64,000 nucleotides of DNA from a virus: the IMG/VR virus record IMGVR_UViG_3300036790_000270, positions 1-64,000 of that record, one strand, 5' to 3'. Below the pieces are notes generated by a model. That model made no database searches, was not told the origin of the DNA, and worked only from the letters and a program-made list of their open reading frames with translations. A program made the translations under genes and the position numbers. This document shows, piece after piece, positions 45,291 to 54,552 of the stretch (positions are counted from its first letter, which is position 1; each line of letters begins with the position of its first letter).

Positions 45291-46363
45291 TGGCGCGCAT
45301 CCTGCTGGTGCAACCGGGCCCGGACTTCTCCGTTGCCGACGTTTACCGCGGCTGGCAGAAGGCGCTGACCGCGCTCGGTCACACGGTGATGGCGTACAAC
45401 ACCAGCGACCGGCTGACCTTCTACGGCCGCACCCGGATGCCCGAGCACGACAAGCCCGCCTGCGAGCACTGCGGTGAGGTGCCGACCAGGCAGGCGGTGC
45501 CCGACAGCAACGGCATCCTGGCCCTCGGCATGGACGGGCTGTACGCCACCCTCAACAAGTTCTGGCCGGACATCGTGTTCTTCATCTCGGGTTTCTACCT
45601 GACCCCGGCGATTCTCCAGTTCATCCGCACCCGGCGGCACAAGATCGTCTTCCTGCACACTGAGTCGCCGTACCAGGACGAGGAACAGCTGCAGCGCGGT
45701 GAGTTCGCGGACCTGAACCTGCTGAACGACCCCGCGAACATCAGCGCGTGGAAAGACCTGGACGTCCCCGTCGCGTACATGCCGCACGCCTACGACCCGG
45801 GCATTCACTACCCGGCCAGCCCGCGTAACTATGAGGCTGACTTCGCGTTCGTCGGCACCGGGTTCCGCTCGCGCCAGGAGTTCTTCCACCAGATGGACCT
45901 GGACGGGCTCAGCGTCGTCCTCGGCGGCAACTGGGCGAACACCGAGCCGGAGTACCGCCACCTGCTGAAGTACCTTGGCCACCCGCTGGAAGCCTGCGTC
46001 GGCAACGAGGAAACCGCCCGCGTCTACCGGCTCGCTAAGGCCGGCATCAACTTCTACCGGCGGGAATCAGAGGACGCGCACGCTGGCGAAGGCTGGGCGA
46101 TGGGGCCACGGGAAGTGGAGATGGCCGCCTGCGGCTTGTTCTTCCTGCGTGACCCGCGGCCGGAGTCCGACGAGGTTTTCGGCCGGTGCCTGCCCGCGTT
46201 CGGCTCAGCTGACGAGGCATCTCAGGAACTCCGTTACTGGACGGGTAACGACGCCCTGCGCGAGCGCTATGCGGCGCAGGCACGCGAGCGGATCGTAAGC
46301 CGCACGTTCAGCAACAATGCCAGGGCGGCACTCAACCTGATGGAAGAGGCGGGAATACTGTGA
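45290..46363 (+). CDS. CgeB-like (Glyco_trans_1_2) glycosyltransferase
   Basis: TESPY, YMPHAYDP, AFVGTG..SR, YRLAKAGINF, REVEMAACG. Confidence 0.8.
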   Translation: MARILLVQPGPDFSVADVYRGWQKALTALGHTVMAYNTSDRLTFYGRTRMPEHDKPACEHCGEVPTRQAVPDSNGILALGMDGLYATLNKFWPDIVFFISGFYLTPAILQFIRTRRHKIVFLHTESPYQDEEQLQRGEFADLNLLNDPANISAWKDLDVPVAYMPHAYDPGIHYPASPRNYEADFAFVGTGFRSRQEFFHQMDLDGLSVVLGGNWANTEPEYRHLLKYLGHPLEACVGNEETARVYRLAKAGINFYRRESEDAHAGEGWAMGPREVEMAACGLFFLRDPRPESDEVFGRCLPAFGSADEASQELRYWTGNDALRERYAAQARERIVSRTFSNNARAALNLMEEAGIL

Positions 46364-46682
46364 GCGACAGCTGGATGTGCGGGTACCGGTGGCAGGACGG
46401 GGATAACACCGAGCTGCACGAGACGCATGTCTGCGGCCTGCTGACCAACGGCGGCCAGCACACGCACGACTGCATTGTCTCGGTGTGCCGGGGGACGCAG
46501 TGATCTGCCAGCCGTGCCGGGACAACGCCCACGACGTGTGCCCCGAAGTAGCGCGCCGGGAGCACCGGGCTGACCTGAACGCCATTGAGCTTAAGGGCGG
46601 CCCGTGGTGTGACTGCCAGCACAAGCCGCGGGCTGAAGTGCAGCGCCGCATGTAGCCCTATCCCGGCAGGCAGAGCGCCGCT

Positions 46683-46763
46683 TACACTAGATAAGTAGAG
46701 CCGAGGCCACGTGTTACCACGTCGGAGCCGGACCCGTTCCTTTTTTCGGAAAAGGGGTCTGAC
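46683..46763 (+). promoter_or_regulatory. late promoter plus leader hairpin motif E (major tail)
   Basis: TACACT; CCG-AGG-CC-ACGTG...CACGT-C-GG-AGC-CGG. Confidence 0.7.
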
Positions 46764-47216
46764 GTGGGAAGAATCCACGGTCGCAACGGCATGGTCTATA
46801 TGGCCCTGCTCGCTCAGGGCACCGCGCAGCCACTCGCTTACGTCAGTGACTGGACCATGAACTTCACCGTGGCGAAGGTGGACGTCACTGCCCTCGGCGA
46901 CGCCAACCTCGTCTGGGTAGCCGGCCTGCCCGACGCCTCCGGTGACTTCACCGGTTTCTTCGACACGGCGACTTCGCAGACCTACCAGTCCGCGGTTGAC
47001 GGCCAGCCTCGTAACTTCTACCTGTACCCGACGCTCGTCGCGGTCAACGGCGGCCCCGGAAACGCGACCGTCAACGTCGGCCAGTACTTCTTCGGCACGA
47101 TCCTCCCCGACTTCAGTTCCGCTGGCGGAGTTGCCGCCGCGGTCACCATGAAGTCAACCTGGAACGCTGCCTCCCAGGTGCAGCGGTACCCGAGCACGGG
47201 CGTTCCCGGAACCTGA
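46764..47216 (+). CDS. major tail protein
   Basis: RIHGRNG.VY...DVTALGD...VAGLPDASGDFTGFFD; position before the chaperone and TMP genes. Confidence 0.8.
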   Translation: MGRIHGRNGMVYMALLAQGTAQPLAYVSDWTMNFTVAKVDVTALGDANLVWVAGLPDASGDFTGFFDTATSQTYQSAVDGQPRNFYLYPTLVAVNGGPGNATVNVGQYFFGTILPDFSSAGGVAAAVTMKSTWNAASQVQRYPSTGVPGT

Positions 47217-47228
47217 TCCTGACGTGGC

Positions 47229-47262
47229 GACGGCCCTTTCCCCGGACAGGAAAAGGGCCGTC
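47229..47262 (+). terminator. terminator-like hairpin after the major tail gene
   Basis: GACGGCCCTTT/AAAGGGCCGTC. Confidence 0.6.
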
Positions 47263-47325
47263 TCCGGATGGCGTTGGAACGCTGGGTTTCGTGTGCTCTT
47301 TGGCCTCCGGTGAAACTCACCCTAT

Positions 47326-47823
47326 ATGAGCGAACCGGAGAATTCAGTGCCCCCTCGCAAGACCCGTACCGTCGCGCCGCGCCCCGTTCAGGACGTCCCG
47401 CTGGAGGGCGAGGAGCCGGTCAAGGTGGACGGCCGGACCAGTGCCGCCCGGCAGGCCCGCCGCCTGCAGATGGCGACCGCGGAGGAAAAGGTGCGGCTGC
47501 CCGAGGAGGAGCGCGCCGTTGAGGTGACCGACGGGCAGCTGGTCGCGCCGATCAAGGAGAAGTACTTCCGGCTGCAGGAGTCCCTCGGCCTGATGCCGCT
47601 GATGGAGTGGGCGGCGGCGCAGGACGACCTGGACGCCGACAACCAGGTGCAGCTGGCCGGCCTGTTCCGGTTGCTGAAGGACCTGGTCGCGCCGGAGGAG
47701 TGGGCGGAGTTCCGCAGCTTCACCCGGGAAGCCAAGTGCATCGATGAGGACTTCATCGGCTTCGTCAACGCCGGGATGGAAGCGATGGCGGCCCGCCCTA
47801 CCGGGGAGCCCGCAGCCTCCTGA
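47326..47823 (+). CDS. tail assembly chaperone (G)
   Basis: between major tail and TMP; ends ...AARPTGEPAAS. Confidence 0.75.
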   Translation: MSEPENSVPPRKTRTVAPRPVQDVPLEGEEPVKVDGRTSAARQARRLQMATAEEKVRLPEEERAVEVTDGQLVAPIKEKYFRLQESLGLMPLMEWAAAQDDLDADNQVQLAGLFRLLKDLVAPEEWAEFRSFTREAKCIDEDFIGFVNAGMEAMAARPTGEPAAS

Positions 47824-48272
47824 AGTGGCTGCTGGCGAACTTCGCCAAGGTAAACGGTGACTTCCTGCGCGCTCACGGGCACGGCGTCGAGATGCTGTCG
47901 GCCCGTGAGCTGTGCGACGTCGCCTACGCCGCGATCATCGCGGACATGGAGCGTCACCATTACGCCCTGGTGGCTGCCGGGGCGCAGTGGAAGGACAGCC
48001 GGGACCCGCTCGGGGACGACATCGCCCGGTTCGAGGAGCGCATCGGGCTGCGGGACAACCCGGAGGCCCTCGCCCTCGCCCTGCACAAGCAGTTCCTCGC
48101 CGACCAGGGCAAGGAATGGGATGACACGCCTGTCGGCGCCGGGAACGGCGAGTGGTGGGACCAGGACGCCGAGTTCACTGACATGCGTGACCTGGACGCC
48201 GAGGCGAAGCGGCGCGCTGCGGCAGCGAAGAACTACGGGCTGTTCGCCAAGGACCGGAAGGGTAAAAAGTAG
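47796..48272 (+). CDS. tail assembly chaperone (T part, probably reached by -1 frameshift)
   Basis: the -1 frame is open from CGCCCTAC (47794-47801) through LLKWLLANF into ORF 47892..48272. Confidence 0.6.
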   Translation, partial: PYRGARSLLKWLLANFAKVNGDFLRAHGHGVEMLSARELCDVAYAAIIADMERHHYALVAAGAQWKDSRDPLGDDIARFEERIGLRDNPEALALALHKQFLADQGKEWDDTPVGAGNGEWWDQDAEFTDMRDLDAEAKRRAAAAKNYGLFAKDRKGKK

Positions 48273-48274
48273 TC

Positions 48275-48673
48275 ATGGCAGAGGTGAACCTGGACGCGGT
48301 GGCGATGGACTGGCTGCTGAACGACCCGGCCGGGCCGGTCGGCGTGCTGATCGCGGACATGTCGGAGAAGGCAGCCGCGATTGCCCGGACCGCTGCACCC
48401 GTCATGGTGACCGGCTCGCGCTGGCCGCCGAGCAACTTCTCGCACTGGGGGAAGGCTTTCAACCCGCGCTTCCAGTACGGTGACACGGGCCCGGGTGACA
48501 CGCGGGCGAGTGTGCGGTGGTCCGGGTTCCTGTACAACGGTCTCGGCCAGATGTACTCCGGGGTGAACGTCAACTACGGGCCGACGCTGTACCTGCAGCA
48601 GGGCGGCGGCCGGCACGGGCACGCGATCCGGCACCCGTTCATGACCACGGCGCTGGATACGGTGCAGCTGTGA
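48275..48673 (+). CDS. putative tail/neck protein
   Basis: LLNDP.GPV...ARTAAPV...HPFMTTALD resembles HK97 gp10-like proteins. Confidence 0.55.
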   Translation: MAEVNLDAVAMDWLLNDPAGPVGVLIADMSEKAAAIARTAAPVMVTGSRWPPSNFSHWGKAFNPRFQYGDTGPGDTRASVRWSGFLYNGLGQMYSGVNVNYGPTLYLQQGGGRHGHAIRHPFMTTALDTVQL

Positions 48674-48749
48674 GCACTGCCGGGCGTAGGTCGTATGGGT
48701 TCCGTAACTGCATTGGCCCGGCAGCTACGCAGTAGAGCGCCCGTCCCCG

Positions 48750-48823
48750 TAGGGTTATTCCGAATGCCGCGGCCTGAACTCCGGGAGCCGGCCTGATCCC
48801 CGCTCCAGAGGAGATGGCGACCG
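48750..48823 (+). promoter_or_regulatory. late promoter plus leader hairpin motif F (tape measure)
   Basis: TAGGGT; GCCG-CGG-CCTG...CGGG-AGC-CGGC. Confidence 0.7.
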
Positions 48824-51800
48824 GTGGCCAGGCTAATTGGCGACGCTTATATCGTCATCTACCCGCAGACGGACCAGTTCGGGCCGCTGCTCAAGGCGGC
48901 TGTCACCGCGCAGGTTAACGCGATCCGGCCGAAGGTCAACGTCACCCCGCAGCTGGATAAGGCCGCCGCCGCGGCGATTGAGACCGAGCTGAAGTCCCTT
49001 GGCGGCCAGGAACTCACGCTGGACGCGATGCTGTCGGCCTCGTCGATCGCGGCGATCCGGGCCGAGCTTAACGGTCTCACGAGTGACGTTAAGCTCGGTG
49101 CCGACCTGGACCCGGCTGCCCTGGCCCGGGTTGAGGCGGAGCTGAAGGCGGTCTCGGACAACCTGCAGCTGGGCGCGTCCGTTGACCCGGCGGCGCTCGC
49201 GCGGATCGCGTACGAGCTGCGGGCGATCGGGCAGAACGTGCCAGTGGACCTGCAGCTGGACAGCCCGAGCCTTTACGCGGCGCGGGTTGAGATGCAGAAC
49301 GCGCTCGGCGAGATCCGGCCGGACCTTGACATTGACCCGGCGTCGCTGGCCGCCGCACGGGCGCAGCTGGCCTCGGTTATCGCGAACGTGCCGCTCAACT
49401 TCAGCCCGGCGCAGGTTGCCGCGGCCGTTGCTGACCTGAACATGGACCTGCGGACGGGCATCACCACCGTTAACATCCCGGTCGGTCTCAGTCTCCCGGA
49501 GCTGACTGCCGCCGCCGCGTCGCTTAACGCTTACATGCGGAGCAACACCGCAACGGTGCAGGTGCCGGTGCAGGTCAGTCAGGCGCAGCTTGCAGCGGCG
49601 GTTGCCTCCCTTGACGCTTACCTGCGGACCGGTATCACCACGGTCAACATCCCGGTCGGCTTCAGTGCCGCGCAGGTCGCAGTCGCCAGCATCGCGCTGA
49701 ACAGGTACATCCAGTCGGGCATCACCCCGGCGACTGTCCCGGTGCAGGTCAGTAAGGCGTCCCTGGCGGCGATGAACGCGTCCATCAACGCCTACCTGCG
49801 CACGGGCACCACTGCCGTTAACATCCCGGTGCAGCTTAACCAGGCGCAGCTTGCCGCGATGCGCGCGTCGCTCAGTGCCTACCTGAACGCCGCCCCGGTT
49901 AGCGTGAACGTCAGCACCGCCAGCGCGATGACGAAGGTTGCCGCCCTGGGCGCCTACACCTCCCAGGTGATGGGCAACGCGTTCAGCAACGTCAACGTCG
50001 CCGGGGCGCTCGCCAAGATACTGTCGCTGCAGGCTGCCGCGGCGAGCATCGGGGCGACGTTCAGCGCGATGGCTAATACCAGCAACGTGCTCAACATGAG
50101 CCTGTCACTGGCGGGCGCAAGCGCTAACTCACTGATGAAGGCGTTCATCACGATGGTGAACGGCGGCGGCGCCTGGGGCGTGCTGACGTCCCGGATTACC
50201 TTGTTCGCCGGCGCGCTGAACCAGGTGCTGCCCGAGGTGCTGTCGAGCGTGTCCGTCTGGCACCTGGCGACTGACTGGGTGCTGGAGTTCGCCGCGGTCC
50301 TGGTGCCGGCGTCCCTGGCCGTCACCGCCTGGGGCGCGGTCATGGCATTCGTTGCAGCGGACGCGCTGACCAAGTTCCAGGCGATCTCGGCAGCGGCGAC
50401 GGTGACCGGCGAGAAGATCGGGTCGTTCAACTCGAACCTGAAGAACGGCATCGGGCCGCTTCAGTCGCTGCAGAACTACCTGAACCCGACGGTGTGGGAG
50501 CTGTACGGCGACGCTATGACGGTCGCCACGTCGAAGAGCAGCGTCTTCACCGGGATCGTGAAGCAGGTCAATACCGTCGTGGAGGACCTGGCCGCCCGGA
50601 TGACGGCGGCGTTCTCCTCAACCGGGGTGCAGACGTTCATGCAGAACGGCGCCCTCGACTTCCAGCGGTTCGGCACGATCATCGGCAACCTGGGCGGCGC
50701 GTTCGGTAACTTTGTCAAGGACGTCCCTGGTTACGCTGAGATTATAGAAGAACTGTTCGAGAAGATAACGGCTGGTATCGAGGCGTTCACGGCGTTCGCC
50801 GGGCCCGTTATCCAGGCTGGCCTCGCGATGCACGGCTTCATCCTTTACGTTGGCCTGGCGCTGACCGCCGGGGTGTCCCTGATTGCCGGCATCGGCAACG
50901 TCACCGCCAAGTTCTTCACCTTCGCCGCCTCCGCGGTCGACCTGAGTACCATCAGCGAAACCATCCAGATTGCCTTCCTCAACGCCGGGCTCGCAATTAC
51001 CGGGTTCATCGAGCGCATCGCGCTGCTGGTGAGCAACCCGTACGTCGTCGCGCTCGCCGCCATCGGCCTGGCAGCGTACGACATGGTGGAGGATTTTGAC
51101 TCCGCTTCCTCGGCGGTCAGCAACTGGGCGCGGAACCTGACGCAGGGCATCGCCCAGATGCAGGGCGGCGCGGCGCTGCAGTCAATCTCTGAGGCGTTCG
51201 GCAAGATCACCACGCAGATCCAGCTAGCCTCCTCGCCGGCCGCGTACAACCAGATCGCGGCGAACTGGAACAACCTGTCCAACACGGGGAACGCGTTCGC
51301 CAAGGACTCGACTTACGACGCGAACGAGTGGATCAGCGCCTGGTCGGACCTGGGCAAGGCCCTGCTCACCAGTTCCGGCTGGGCGACGACGGTCTCCAAG
51401 TTCGGTAACGCCATCGCGGACATGTTCGTCACCGGCAAGGGCGTTACCCTCCAGGTAGCCGCTAACGTCGGCGCCCTGGAAAACGCGTACCAGCAGCTCT
51501 CCGTCCAGCAGCAGAACCTGCTCGTCGTGACCGGGCAGCTGATGACAAGCACCCTGAAGATTCCCGGCACCAACCAGCTGGCCACCACCACCACCTACTC
51601 CTACGCGCAGAGCCTCGGCATCCTGAACGCGGCCGGCGTGCAGTCCACTGACAGCCTGGCGACGATGGAAACCAAGGTCGCCAGCCTGCTGCAGGGCTAC
51701 CAGACGCTCGGGCTGACCGCCGGCCAGGTCGGCAACGCCGTTAACGCGATGACGTTCGCCACCCAGCTGGGGCAGACCGGCATCACCAAGATGACCCAGG

Positions 51801-54334
51801 GCTACTCCAGCTTCATCTCCACCATTACCGGCGGCGAGACCGCGTTCACCACCTTCGGCGAGGGCCTCGCCACGCTCGCGCAGGCATTCAACTCCGCCGG
51901 CATCGCAACGTACACCGACAAGCTCGGCACCCTCCAGGTGAAGACCAATGAGGCCGCCACGTCGATGGACGGGCTGTCTGCCGCCGACCTGAACGTCCGC
52001 GGCGCGTTCGCCACGGAGATCACCAACGCGACCAACCTGTACAACAGCCTGCTTACCCTGGCCACCGTCTCTGACGCCGGCGCTAAGGGACAGGGGCTGC
52101 TCGCCCAGGCGGGCAAGGACATGGTCGCGACGCTGCTGCCACTCGCCAAGGGCAGTGCCACCGCGATGTCTGAGGTGTCCGCGCTCGCGCAGATCGCCGG
52201 CGGCCCGGCTACCACCTCGTTCCAGACGCTGTCTAACTGGGTTGGCAAGGTGCAGAACCCGATGCAGCAGCTGAATAGCATCGAGGGCAAGCTGACCGTC
52301 TCCTCCGTTAACCTGGAGACCGACGCCAACAACCTGGCGGGCGCGTTCGGCGTCACCTTGACCAGCGCTATCTCCGGCGCCCTGTTCGCCGCGGAGAAGG
52401 GCCCGCAGGCACTGCAGGGACTTGCGACCGCCCTGGCGGCCATGGTGAACGGCACTGGTTCCGCGACTGACGTCGAAGCGGCGCTGCGGCAGCTGATCCC
52501 GGCGCTCACCCTGATGACGGGCAGCGGCAAGAACGCGGAAGCCCAGTTCCTGGCGATGGGCGGCGCGCTGCATATCAGCCAGAGCGAGCTGGCCGCCATG
52601 TGGGACGCGGCCCAGCCGGTTCCCGGCACCCTGATCAACGCTGCTGCCGCGGCGAAGAGCTTCACGGCCGCGGTGCAGGACACCGGCAACGTGCTGAAGG
52701 GCATCCCCGGGGTTCTTACCAGCAACCTCGCCGGGTACACCCAGCTGCAGGCGATGCTCGCCAAGACCGACACCGGCCTGACCAACAACACCAGCGCGGC
52801 GAACCTGGGCAAGCAGGCGTTCATTAACTTCGCCGAGCAGGGCCTGCACCAGACGGCCGCGCAGGCGACCGCGCTGTGGGCGAACATCAACGACCAGAAC
52901 CTGGTGAAGCTGGGCGATGAGGCCACCACCACCAAGACCCTGTTCATCCAGCTAGCCGAAAACGGCATGGGCCTCACCAAGACCCAGGCGACCGCCCTGT
53001 GGACCACGCTGCGCCTGCAGTACCTGGATACCCTCGCGTCTAAGGCAGGCACGACGGAGTCGTCGTTTGTCGCCCTGGCCAAGAGCGGCCTCAACCTGTC
53101 GAACACGGCGGCTGAGAACCTGTGGACCTCGATGCGCCAGCAGTACCTGGACACCCTGGCGTCCAAGGCGGGCGAGACCGAGACCGCGTTCGAGGGCGTC
53201 GCCAAGCAGTTCGGCCTCAACCAGACGGCAGCCGAGCAGCTGTGGACGGCGATGCACACCCTCGCCTCCGGCAGCCCTTACAACGCGAACGTCAACGCCA
53301 CCATCGGCGCGTCCGGTGAGGTATCGGTGCTGGAGGACATCGCCGCGCCCGGCGTCGCCGTGACCAAGAACATCCTCGGCGAGCTGACGTTCTCCGCGGC
53401 GGGCGGCATCATCAACGGCAAGGGCCCGTCCGGCAAGGATTCCACCCTGGTAATGGCGGCGCCTGGTGAGGCCATCATCCCGACGGCGCACGTGCCGAAG
53501 ATCGCCGACATGGCGCGCAAGGCCTCCATTCCCGGTTTCACGGCCGGCGGCCTCGTTGCCGGCGCACCCGGGCTGGAAACCCAGCTCGGCCAGATCGTGC
53601 CGACGACGGCGAAGGACGTGGGCAGCTACGCGCAGTCGGTTATCCAGGCGTTCGTCACCGGGGCGTCTAAGACCGCGGACGCGTCCGCCACGGCGATGCT
53701 GCCCACTGTCGGCGCGCAGACGTCCACCCAGATCGTGTCAATCCTTGAGCAGGCGCTGAAGATCACCAACACGCCGCTGTCCTGGCTGCCCGCCCTGGAA
53801 ACCCTGGTGAGCAAGGAATCGTCCGGTAACGCGTCCGCGGTCGACCCGATCTCGGTTGACGGCCAGCACGCTACCGGCCTGTTCCAGACGCTGCCCAGCA
53901 CTTTCGCGCAGTACGCGATGCCCGGGTACGCCGCCGGCCCCACCAACGCGCTGGACGACGCGATCGCGGGCATCCGCTACATCAAGGCCGAGTACGGCAC
54001 GCCCGCTGCCATCACCGGTATCGGCAAGCCCGGCACCTACGAGGGCTACAGCGCCGGCGGCATGGTCAACGAGCCGGTGTTCGGCTACGGGAAGTTCTCC
54101 GGGATGCCGTACTCATTCGCGGAGAACGGGCCCGAGCAGGTCATCCCCGGCGGCGCGGCCACTCAGTCGCAAGCAGGGCTCCCGGGGCTCACCATGTACC
54201 AGGGAAACACGCTCATTCAGCTGCTGCAACAGCAAAACAAGCTCCTCGGGCAAATGCCGTACACGCAAGCACAGGCGATCAACCAGGCCAATGCGACCGG
54301 CGTGCGCAGGGGATACTTTGCGACGAGTGGCTGA
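48824..54334 (+). CDS. tape measure protein with a C-terminal lytic transglycosylase domain
   Basis: 1836 aa, Ala-rich; IGDAYI start; KESSGNASA...GLFQTLPSTF...AGIRYIKAEYG. Confidence 0.92.
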   Translation: MARLIGDAYIVIYPQTDQFGPLLKAAVTAQVNAIRPKVNVTPQLDKAAAAAIETELKSLGGQELTLDAMLSASSIAAIRAELNGLTSDVKLGADLDPAALARVEAELKAVSDNLQLGASVDPAALARIAYELRAIGQNVPVDLQLDSPSLYAARVEMQNALGEIRPDLDIDPASLAAARAQLASVIANVPLNFSPAQVAAAVADLNMDLRTGITTVNIPVGLSLPELTAAAASLNAYMRSNTATVQVPVQVSQAQLAAAVASLDAYLRTGITTVNIPVGFSAAQVAVASIALNRYIQSGITPATVPVQVSKASLAAMNASINAYLRTGTTAVNIPVQLNQAQLAAMRASLSAYLNAAPVSVNVSTASAMTKVAALGAYTSQVMGNAFSNVNVAGALAKILSLQAAAASIGATFSAMANTSNVLNMSLSLAGASANSLMKAFITMVNGGGAWGVLTSRITLFAGALNQVLPEVLSSVSVWHLATDWVLEFAAVLVPASLAVTAWGAVMAFVAADALTKFQAISAAATVTGEKIGSFNSNLKNGIGPLQSLQNYLNPTVWELYGDAMTVATSKSSVFTGIVKQVNTVVEDLAARMTAAFSSTGVQTFMQNGALDFQRFGTIIGNLGGAFGNFVKDVPGYAEIIEELFEKITAGIEAFTAFAGPVIQAGLAMHGFILYVGLALTAGVSLIAGIGNVTAKFFTFAASAVDLSTISETIQIAFLNAGLAITGFIERIALLVSNPYVVALAAIGLAAYDMVEDFDSASSAVSNWARNLTQGIAQMQGGAALQSISEAFGKITTQIQLASSPAAYNQIAANWNNLSNTGNAFAKDSTYDANEWISAWSDLGKALLTSSGWATTVSKFGNAIADMFVTGKGVTLQVAANVGALENAYQQLSVQQQNLLVVTGQLMTSTLKIPGTNQLATTTTYSYAQSLGILNAAGVQSTDSLATMETKVASLLQGYQTLGLTAGQVGNAVNAMTFATQLGQTGITKMTQGYSSFISTITGGETAFTTFGEGLATLAQAFNSAGIATYTDKLGTLQVKTNEAATSMDGLSAADLNVRGAFATEITNATNLYNSLLTLATVSDAGAKGQGLLAQAGKDMVATLLPLAKGSATAMSEVSALAQIAGGPATTSFQTLSNWVGKVQNPMQQLNSIEGKLTVSSVNLETDANNLAGAFGVTLTSAISGALFAAEKGPQALQGLATALAAMVNGTGSATDVEAALRQLIPALTLMTGSGKNAEAQFLAMGGALHISQSELAAMWDAAQPVPGTLINAAAAAKSFTAAVQDTGNVLKGIPGVLTSNLAGYTQLQAMLAKTDTGLTNNTSAANLGKQAFINFAEQGLHQTAAQATALWANINDQNLVKLGDEATTTKTLFIQLAENGMGLTKTQATALWTTLRLQYLDTLASKAGTTESSFVALAKSGLNLSNTAAENLWTSMRQQYLDTLASKAGETETAFEGVAKQFGLNQTAAEQLWTAMHTLASGSPYNANVNATIGASGEVSVLEDIAAPGVAVTKNILGELTFSAAGGIINGKGPSGKDSTLVMAAPGEAIIPTAHVPKIADMARKASIPGFTAGGLVAGAPGLETQLGQIVPTTAKDVGSYAQSVIQAFVTGASKTADASATAMLPTVGAQTSTQIVSILEQALKITNTPLSWLPALETLVSKESSGNASAVDPISVDGQHATGLFQTLPSTFAQYAMPGYAAGPTNALDDAIAGIRYIKAEYGTPAAITGIGKPGTYEGYSAGGMVNEPVFGYGKFSGMPYSFAENGPEQVIPGGAATQSQAGLPGLTMYQGNTLIQLLQQQNKLLGQMPYTQAQAINQANATGVRRGYFATSG

Positions 54335-54552
54335 CCGTCGCGGGCGCAGCTCCTGTGGGCCTCGTTACGAAGTTGGCCTGCGGCGGTCAGCTGCGAGCAC
54401 TGCGGGCGTTGGCTGACTGGGTTTCGTTTCGAGAGTGGCCCGCGGTAGTCGCAACAGCTGAGTAGCGGCCGGTATTCCGCCCGTATAGGGTCAGCGTAGG
54501 GAGCGCTCGGCAGACCGCTGAGCTGGCCTGAGTCGTGTCGCGCGGAGGACGT

